Shown one piece after another: positions 55,703 through 64,000 of a DNA stretch of 64,000 nt. The stretch comes from Schizochytrium sp. TIO01. Lineage: Eukaryota > Protista > Bigyra: Labyrinthulomycetes. The position numbers were made by a program, and so were the translations under genes. Positions within the stretch are counted from its first letter, which is position 1. The number at the start of each line of letters is the position of its first letter. Under the pieces are notes generated by a model, which made no database searches, was not told where the DNA came from, and saw only the letters and a list, made by a program, of their open reading frames with translations. Location: positions 6,306,761 through 6,370,760 of the forward strand of contig SMSO01000031.1 of NCBI GenBank assembly GCA_004764695.1, given 5' to 3'.

Positions 55703-56995
55703 ATGGCTGAGGGCGAAGAAGACAGTGCCGTGTACGCTGTGCAGTATCTCGATGGTCACAAAGAAAAGACGAATTGGTTGTCTCGGGCAGGTCTGGCCAT
55801 GATTACGTACGCAAATGGGGATACCTTTGAAGGTCGCTTCAACAGCCATCGTCAACGTGATGGCAAAGGTAGATACACCTGGAGCTTGGAGGATGGTCAG
55901 ACAGCTACTTACGACGGCGAATATCGCGCAGGTCGTCGCCATGGTCTGGGCATGATGCGCTACCCTGATGGCAGTACATATGAGGGACTGTGGAAAGATG
56001 ACGTGCGTGAAGGCCGAGGGACGCTCGTCTATGCCAATGGTGATACCTATACAGGACGCTTTAGTGCTGGAAAGCCGAATGGGCACGGCGCCTATCAATT
56101 TGCTTCTCCCAAGTCTTACTTGCTGGGTAAGTGGGTTGATGGAGAGTTCATTCGCGGTCGCTGGGCAAAGACAGATGGAAGTGCCTACTACGGTCAGTTC
56201 AAGAATGGCCAACCCATTAATAATGGTTTGTTCTATAATCCAAGTGGTCTCAAGCAAGAGGCCCGGTATGAGGAAGCGAAGCTCGGCGAAGAGGAGGAAG
56301 CTGATCCAGAGGGTGAAAACGTCCCGTTGTCTCGTACATTTGTCGCTGGACGTGTCGAAAGGTCTCGTGCAGGACCGGACTATTATAGCTCTGCGGTAGT
56401 CGACCCGCAGGATAGCGAGGATTTTGTTCTCTACGCACATAAAGTCGAATCCCCGGAGGAAGCAAAATCCGAGGAAAAGATTGCTGAGCCTGTTTCAAGC
56501 GAGATTGTAGAGCAAGAAAGCAGTATGCTTCAGAGTTTGTTTCAGAGCATTGATTCATCTGAGGATGGCAAGATTTCCCTTGATGAACTCATTGCGGCGT
56601 TGCAGAGTGCTGATAATGAGCACTTCCAGCCTCTTCTTGATGCGGTGCCTCTTTTGAGGGAATCTGACTTGCATGATTCTGTTAAGGAAATTGATCAGGA
56701 CAATGATGGACGACTCTCTTTGGACGAGTTCATTGACTACTTTTATGCAATGAAGCTTTTTACCCTTGTTGATGAAGATGGATCTCGACAGATTCGCCAC
56801 AGTGAGCTCCAGAATGCAATGCGAGAGCATGCTGAATACTTCCCACCAGCTCTACTTCGCTCCACCTCCGGTAGCCAGACTTCTCGCATTGCCATATCTA
56901 GCTTAATTTCTGCTGGGGACAGTGATGATGATCGTTTGCTTTCTTTTAAAGAGTTCCTCTATCTACTCTTCTCTGTTACTCCTCCTGAGGAGTAA
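55703..56995 (+). CDS. MORN repeat (RSPH1-like) + four EF-hand protein
   Basis: About 6 MORN repeats (YANGDTFEGRF..DGKGRY, YPDGSTYEGLW..EGRGTL). EF-hand loops DSSEDGKISLDE, DQDNDGRLSLDE, DEDGSRQIRHSE and DSDDDRLLSFKE. Confidence 0.9.
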   Translation: MAEGEEDSAVYAVQYLDGHKEKTNWLSRAGLAMITYANGDTFEGRFNSHRQRDGKGRYTWSLEDGQTATYDGEYRAGRRHGLGMMRYPDGSTYEGLWKDDVREGRGTLVYANGDTYTGRFSAGKPNGHGAYQFASPKSYLLGKWVDGEFIRGRWAKTDGSAYYGQFKNGQPINNGLFYNPSGLKQEARYEEAKLGEEEEADPEGENVPLSRTFVAGRVERSRAGPDYYSSAVVDPQDSEDFVLYAHKVESPEEAKSEEKIAEPVSSEIVEQESSMLQSLFQSIDSSEDGKISLDELIAALQSADNEHFQPLLDAVPLLRESDLHDSVKEIDQDNDGRLSLDEFIDYFYAMKLFTLVDEDGSRQIRHSELQNAMREHAEYFPPALLRSTSGSQTSRIAISSLISAGDSDDDRLLSFKEFLYLLFSVTPPEE

Positions 56996-57393
56996 GGGTC
57001 GCCCTGACATAACAACAATAAATTTGTATTCATTCATTGTTCTGTTTTTCCCATGTTATTGTTACAAATGTTCAGTGCAAAGGCGTAGACTTTAATTGTA
57101 TCAAGACAGCGCTAATCTTTAAGGCTATGTTGCGCCAAGGTAAAATGCGTCGGATTTGTCCCTTCACAAAATTATTCATTATTATTATTATTATTAAATT
57201 AAATCAAGACAACTCCAGAATGCACCTGGTCACTCGGTTCTCCAATGTGTACAATACAATATCTTTCGTTTTAGAGTAGGCAACACCTATTTAAAGAATG
57301 AACTAGAAAGAGAACTTTATATTGTTAGTTCAAAAGCAATTTGGTTGATATTTGACATAAAGTAGGGTTTGGAACAGAAAGAAGAGTACAACC

Positions 57394-59175
57394 TTAGTTT
57401 AATTCGAAAAATTCGCCAGCCTTCCGCTTAGACTTGCGGTTCTTAGGGAGAACGCGCAATGGAGAATGGTACTTTGAAAGAGGCTGGTGCTGAGTGTCTT
57501 CCGTTTGAGGCCAAGGTAAATCGAGTTTGCGGATTGCCTCGTATGTTTGCGGTCCCACAGTATCACGCTGGATAAGATCAAGACGGAGCTGCGCAAGCAT
57601 TTGAAAAGGAAAGACAACCTCACTGCGCCATGAGCACTGCTCGATAGGTTGGTTTTCATAGTCAATCCACGAAGATTCGCACATTTTCACGGACTCCTGA
57701 AAGCGGGTAGGCCACCTTGCTTCAAACTCGCCGTTCCCTTGATCTTCAAAAACAATAGGAGCAATACTCCAATCACATTCCGGAACCACAGTAATTCTAG
57801 CATCAGCAGCACGGACAACTTCTTGAAAATACTTTGCCGGGGTCAAGTCTGACATATCTTTCGAACTAAAGTAGCGGTGCTCGGCTAAGCCTCGCAGAAT
57901 CTCTGTTGCACGCGCACGTCCAACAACAAAGTCGTTCCAGTTTAATCCATTCTGAGAATGAAGACATGTGTTAGTCACAAAGTCATTTGACGTGACGACA
58001 TCAGGAAATCTAAAAGGTGCGAATGCCACCGAGTTTTCGTTCATATGCATAACTACGTCGAACGAAATTTGTTGCTCGTGCTCAAGGGATTCAAGATAGA
58101 TCATGGCTTTGCGCATCCGCTTGGCCTTAATCTGAAAGTCAGTTGAGTAAATGGTGGATTGTGTTTGCTGGACCTTGGTTCGTGGTTTTTGCAGTACACT
58201 CTCAGTCTCATTGTATCGCAAAACGCAATGGAAGTTAAAGAATGCTTCTTTCTCGGTGCGTGCAAGACCAAAAATGATCTTTCGTGTTCGTTGCCCTGAG
58301 CCATAAGGAACATGCTGAATATTGAATGTAACCTCATCATCTCGTGCAAGGTGAAAGTTACGTCTTGCCCATGCTTCGATTTCCTGGTCTGCCCAGCTCA
58401 CGAGAGAGTAAGGGCTAGGATAAGGCTGCGGAGTAGGTGTATCTGCAGGGTTGATGGCTTTTTGAAAAGCATCCAAAACGAAAATAACGTGCACATCATA
58501 CCCTGCATCAATCTGGGGTTGGACAACATTTCTGATCTTGCTTTGGATCTCCAAATGTCTGGCCTCACCTGTTACAAGAACAGCCAGCTGCTTTCGTTTC
58601 TTCGGAATCTCTAAACTAGGGCTGTGAGAAACAGGTGGAACGGGAATTATATCTTCCTGGTGCTCTAAAGTCTGTCCGCTTAGCAGCTGTGCAATCGCGG
58701 TTAAAACCGAGTCTCGGCTTGCTGAAACGAGTTCCTCGATGCGAGAGTAATCAATTTGATCCCGAAGTACTTCAACCCTAGGAGGAATATAGTCTTCTGC
58801 TGCGAAGGATGCATGCGAGGGTTGTCTTGGTGGAAACTCTTCGTCTTGTTGAACATCTGCTTTTTGTTGCGTGCTTTCAGCTAGTTTTGGAGCAGCACTA
58901 ACCTGGAGATAGTCTGGGATTTGGGGCTTCAACAGCTGCAAATCTGTAATAGGCTTTTGAAACGAGATATAGTCTTTTTGACGCAACAGTCTGGCGTGTT
59001 GCGAGACCGAGACAGAATGTGCTGTAATCAGCCAACTCACACCAACTACAGCAGCCAAAAACAGCAGGAGTGGCCTTAGTGTAGAAATTGCCACTTCGAC
59101 TCTACGTTTCATTGTATAGCTGTTCTTGCGATCAAAGCCTCCTCCAGTCGCAAGCAGCTTTCCGCTCAGAGCCAT
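57394..59175 (-). CDS. Type II membrane protein, putative glycosyltransferase-like
   Basis: Signal-anchor PLLLFLAAVVGVSWLI, Pro/Gln-rich stem, then LAVLVTGEAR..YDVHVIFVLD..LEHEQQISFDVVMHMNEN, similar to algal GT-like AVLxxGxxR..YDxVxRxRxD proteins. First ATG at 59175. Confidence 0.7.
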   Translation of the reverse strand: MALSGKLLATGGGFDRKNSYTMKRRVEVAISTLRPLLLFLAAVVGVSWLITAHSVSVSQHARLLRQKDYISFQKPITDLQLLKPQIPDYLQVSAAPKLAESTQQKADVQQDEEFPPRQPSHASFAAEDYIPPRVEVLRDQIDYSRIEELVSASRDSVLTAIAQLLSGQTLEHQEDIIPVPPVSHSPSLEIPKKRKQLAVLVTGEARHLEIQSKIRNVVQPQIDAGYDVHVIFVLDAFQKAINPADTPTPQPYPSPYSLVSWADQEIEAWARRNFHLARDDEVTFNIQHVPYGSGQRTRKIIFGLARTEKEAFFNFHCVLRYNETESVLQKPRTKVQQTQSTIYSTDFQIKAKRMRKAMIYLESLEHEQQISFDVVMHMNENSVAFAPFRFPDVVTSNDFVTNTCLHSQNGLNWNDFVVGRARATEILRGLAEHRYFSSKDMSDLTPAKYFQEVVRAADARITVVPECDWSIAPIVFEDQGNGEFEARWPTRFQESVKMCESSWIDYENQPIEQCSWRSEVVFPFQMLAQLRLDLIQRDTVGPQTYEAIRKLDLPWPQTEDTQHQPLSKYHSPLRVLPKNRKSKRKAGEFFELN

Positions 59176-62100
59176 TTTTGATTTGCTGCTTCTCACCTAC
59201 GCTCCACGCCCAATGGCATACAGAGAGCCTAATGTGAGTTTGTGATTTGCTGCTGTATTCTCGGTGGGTATAAATCCATAGAGAGATCTATGAGCGATCG
59301 AGCCGAAGTCAAGACGTTGACGCGGAGTTCATGGGTGCACAATCGAAGGGATTTTTGACTGCCATTAATTTCTTTTTCCAAAGAGCTTGAAACTCAAAAG
59401 AAACATCTTAGTAACTCTGAGGAAAGAGCAGATATCAAAAGGGACAAAAGAGGGTCAATCGTGACTACCGTTGCATAGAATTGGACCTACTACTACCTAT
59501 CTAGTGAATATTATTAGTAATGCTCCTAATTGCGTGGAATTATTGCCGATAAGAGAAGTCGAGACCGAGTTTCTCCTTCTAACATTGCCATAGGCCCATT
59601 CATCGTCATTCAGTTTTGGGGCTTCGTTCTGCTCGGACTAGGTCTTTTCACTCTAGCATATCAAGCAACTGATTTAAAATGTCTGTTGGTCTTGAGGCTA
59701 CAGTTGCAAGTACGCAAGGAAATGATAAAATGATCGTTTTCCCGGTCATTAGCTGTGTGAAAAGCTTCTTGAAAAAGCATTGTGACAACGTCACGACGTT
59801 GGTGGTGCGCCCTGCTGAGACAAATGCTTACCCTCTCTCTTGGCGTGTGTCGATATCCCACTTTTTACTCGATAGTGCTTCTCTAGATAGTCCGACATTG
59901 GTGACGACTCCATCTTGTCCGCCGGTGAGCTCCTCGCTCCAAAGAACTTCTTTCTCCAAGAGGTTTTCAAGATCAGATGCTGGTCCAATCAACTGAAGTA
60001 ATACCAAAAATCAGAGGCCTTGTTGACTTCCTATGCTGCTTCAAAGGCGCCCTTAAATCATACCAAGTGAACTGGGTTGTGCAATGTATACAGACCGGGG
60101 GTGATGTAACATAATAAATCCTCCAAGGTTGATAGGTTGATACCTGCTTGTATTGCATAACGACAAAGAGGCTGCATAGTTCCTAAGGTGCGACAAGTTT
60201 TGTAGGATGAAATTTGTAACAGCTCTTGTAGAAACGACATACTTTTTTAAGGGAGGCATGAACGAAATGACCCACTTCTGGGACTTTCCCGCATTTGACT
60301 CTCTTATCTCCTCTCTTAGTTCTCCATATGCCTTCGTGCAAAATTGTGGACAAAGATCTCGGGCCCGCTCCGGGGAGATGATTTTCTTCTGCAGTGTGGT
60401 ATGCGAAGCATCGTCCTTTGACGCTAAGAAGTCCTTTATTGTAACGTGGAGTGCGAGGCTATTTATGCATTTGCAGAACCTTCCTTTGATCCAGCCAGGG
60501 AAAAGACTCCAAAAAAGCGAGAAGGTGGTGCTACTATCAATTAACAACGCTACCCAGCTTTCTAGCTATGACACGCTTCTTCCATACAGCAATATGAATG
60601 TCTCATGTGTTATAAGAAAAGTATGATGCCTGATGCCATATCAAGGGCATTTGCTATCCACAGCACCTTGTTTGGAGTTGTACAGCTTGATATTGTTGGT
60701 GTACTTTCAGAAAGCCAACACCGCTTTAAGGAGCTAAGCGAGACGTGTTGGACATTTCAAACTAGTTCTACCGCATTTGATAAGTAAGCATTATATCTTA
60801 GACTGGAATCGAATCGCAAGAAATATCAAAACTACCTGATACCTGCGCACGCTTGGTAAGGGATCACTCCATTTAAGGTAGGATCTGCAAGAGGCTGGAG
60901 ACTTTACAATCCCCCTCGTACATATTGGGATGAGAACTATTTAGTAGCAGTACTATCAGATGGAGCGAACATAAAAGATCGCTGCAATAGAAACAAGACA
61001 TATTGCATTACGTAAACCGCCGGCTCTGTGAAAAAAACTCTCCGGTTTCGTCAGGCATCTCCCCCGCAAAGAAAAAAGAGAATCAGCCAACCAGCGACAC
61101 GCAAATAGAAACGTAGGCAAATTACACACGCCAGAATATAATATTAAAGTGCTACAAATGATTCCAGCAAAAGTGCTACAATCAATTTGAAGGCAAAATC
61201 ATGCACACCTTTATTTTATATTACTGTTTGGCTTTTCTTGCAGAAAGAAATACGAAAAAGCAAGAGACCTGTAGTTTTCATGATGTTTTTAGTTTTAGTC
61301 CGAGCAGAGCACCTTAGGGCGAGCGAGCAATTTTGTCTCACAAGTTTTAATGGCTTAGAAAAGAATCAAGGAGCTCCTTATAACGGCATCTCCCTTAGAC
61401 AGGTGCATCATTCATTTTCACACGCCCAAGTGCTCATAACTTTAGAGCTTACTCATGCTTCGTCGTTCCAATTTGGAAAATTGTGTAGCACCATTGCTTC
61501 GATTCGCCTGCGTCCAAGTTCTCACTTGCAGTGCAACTGACGCAGCATGGTATATAGGCCTAAGGGGATAAATCGTTAGGAAGCTTCGTGTTTTGGAAAG
61601 TAAAAAGCAAATATCTACCAAGACCTTGCTAGAAAGAGTTGTAGCCCTGGAAGTCGAACAAAACACTACTTTCAATGCACCTCAGAGGCCGCCGAGGGTG
61701 GGGAAGTTTGCAATTGGTGAGCGAGGGAATTTGATTACTTGTCTTTGTAAGCTTTGGATCTCAAGAAAAGGAAGAAAATGCTTTGATCGAAAAACAACCA
61801 CCACTTATCTTGCCCTGATGGTGATTAAGAAAATGTAAACAGTTATGAAAGAGGACAAATTTACGAGCCTTACCAAGGCATGGTTGCCATGGTTTCTTAG
61901 AATGCAATGGATTTTCATGCTTTGTGAGAATTCTTCGTTCCATCTCTTCAAATATGCTTTCATTTTCATTATTATTCATATTTTTAATTAAATATCGTAG
62001 TTCAATTAGTCGAAGTTCCCTCGCCTCGATTGGACCGGGAAGGCCAACCCGTGTCCATCGCTAACAACTCATTTGACGAAGAGGAAGATCAACGAGAAAA

Positions 62101-62779
62101 GCACACGCGGGCCAAGAAGTGGTGTAGGTTTAAAGCTTCTTTGCACAGTTTTTGTACTTGAGTGGCTGTGAGTATTTTTATGTTTATTAAAGTATTCAAT
62201 GGTGGGCAAGTCGGAGCCTGAGGCCAGTGGATGACCGGCAAGAAGAATGATGGGTTGCAAGCTAGTTTCGCTATTAGAGCGTTAGGGCGCAAGATGTCGC
62301 GCTATCACATGCTTTGTAAGGAGGTTCTACCACCTACTCGCAGGAAACTATGGGCGTGTGTGTTTTCCTCAGAGTGCCTTTGGATCAGGACTGTTATCAG
62401 GCTGACCCACTCACTGCATCAAAAGATTGCTTCCATTCATTAATTGAATGAGGGAATTGATTCAGAGTTCAATTTCCGGCTACCGTCATGGCCAATCTTA
62501 TATCTTCTTCGAGTCCTTCGATCTTTTCCTTCAGGAGATATTCATCGCGCACGCTCTAAATTGCTGTATATACTCACTCGTAAACTGTTGAGCTTCAAAG
62601 TAGTGGTCACGAAAGAACTTCATCTAGGGTGGTGTGGCATTCTACAAGTACATGGTTCTATACGAGCACAGTGTCCAGGTGAAAGTGGTACTAGAATCAT
62701 AATTTAAGCTGGTCCAATCAACTTTAGGCAACAAGATGATTGGGTAAGGAAGCAATACTTGATGGTCGTATGCCGCGAC

Positions 62780-63030
62780 AATAGTATTGATCTTACGCTA
62801 TACTGCAGAAATGACTAGGCCGGAAAGGATTGTGTATGATGGCTGGCCAAGAAATAGCTACACCACGGGTATAGTTACGAAAGTATGCTGATGACGAGCA
62901 ATCGAGGCACGCTGGACGTACGAAACATCTTTAAGTCACTGGCGCTCAGTCATTACATGTTTGGATTCGGAGATACATATCCGATGCAAGATCGATTGCC
63001 TCACGTGGCCCACCACCATTTGACCTTACC
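62780..63030 (+). mobile_element. Decayed reverse transcriptase fragment (retrotransposon relic)
   Basis: Ordered, correctly spaced RT-like motifs across frames: ERIVYDGWPRN (about 62823), GTLDVRNIFKSL (about 62906) and MFGF...RLP (about 62958-63001). Broken by stops and frameshifts; no YxDD seen. Confidence 0.4.
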
Positions 63031-64000
63031 TCACCTGCATGCGTGTTCTCTGGATTCGGAACCACTAATGAACTTAAATAAGAGTGTCTCCTTGAGGACT
63101 TTACTGACAAGTAAGGTTGCCTTGTTATAAACTTTTCAATGTTTTTAGCTAGAGTCCCTGCAAGACAATGCCGCTAGCCTTGGATATTGATGAAAACATT
63201 ATCCTTGACGCATCTTCGCAACGACAATCTAAATTGAAGATGGGTTTAATATTTTTATTATATATAAAATCGGACACATTCTGTTTCTTTTTCGGAAGGA
63301 TCATGATGTCTTCAATTCTTAATTTTTTCATGTTAATATAAAAAAAAATAAAAATTAAAAATGTTAATAATTTAAGAAAAAGAACATCTATGTTAAAATC
63401 ATCCTAACCATTCATGATTCCAGAATCTGATCGTAGTTTCATCGCAGATATCGAGATTCGCTTCTACCGCAAGCTAGGTAAGGACCGAATATCGCTACCA
63501 TTGAACGCGGCACGTGCAGAGAGCTTTTGCATCAGCCGCCACTATTCATGGTTGAGGAATAGATATTTATGAGCCTGATTGATCATGTTGACCTCGTTAA
63601 CCTGAGCGATTATTTAGGCTTTAACTATTTTGACCAAATTCTTCTGACTACCCTCAAAAAGATAGTAGTAGTTCCGGCTTTGTATCGCGCGAAGCGTCTG
63701 CTTCGATTCGTCATTTTGACATCCACCAATTTTGTAAGTTGCGACTCAGCGTTATATATTATAGATAGGGCCCAAATTGAGCAAGAGCCCACTTTTGTTC
63801 AGAAACCCCTTTTTTCTCACGAAAACGGGAGGGTATTTTCTCAGCATTCTAGGTACTCCTTGATTTCACCACAAAAGCACCTCCATGGAGCTTGTTCTTT
63901 GCACAAAGAAGGCCTCGACCACATAGTCTGCCAGCCCACTTGCATATTAACAATACGATCTTTTTGATAAAGCTAAGCTTGTATCGTAAATATCGTAGTA

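Noticed and set aside
60053-60626. Opposing 164-aa and 139-aa ORFs as a transposase
   Set aside because: No catalytic motifs or terminal repeats identified; left as unassigned decayed sequence.

Overview
Eukaryotic nuclear DNA, gene-dense and nearly intron-free, with AT-rich, microsatellite-rich intergenic tracts. The style and gene set suggest a stramenopile protist, most plausibly a thraustochytrid/labyrinthulomycete (inference, not verified). About 18 protein-coding genes are supportable: two tandem DUF4246-like genes, coatomer epsilon, RER1, a WW + GT7 (beta-1,4-galactosyltransferase-like) fusion, a REEP/YOP1 protein, a WW + R3H (SPAG7-like) protein, a Rieske protein, a SERGT1/HPAT-like glycosyltransferase, a Ki-67-like FHA-SAP-SAP-Tudor protein, an orphan with a P-element-transposase C-terminal-like motif, ribonucleotide reductase large subunit, a motor-degenerate myosin, an EGF + 7TM protein, an NCKX exchanger, an ankyrin protein, a MORN + EF-hand protein and a type II membrane GT-like protein. 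Faint retroelement relics are also present. No rRNA, tRNA or CRISPR array was recognised. The most notable observations are: a TM-less GT7 carrying a Pin1-type WW domain shared with a neighbouring gene; a Ki-67-like protein; a pseudo-myosin with two +1 frameshifts in the same GAAGCA context; an F-box fused to an apparently metal-dead DUF4246 domain; a cluster of GGT(G/C)GTTAG motifs upstream of RNR; and a bistable hairpin followed by T7. All family assignments come from motif recognition by eye; no database search was run.
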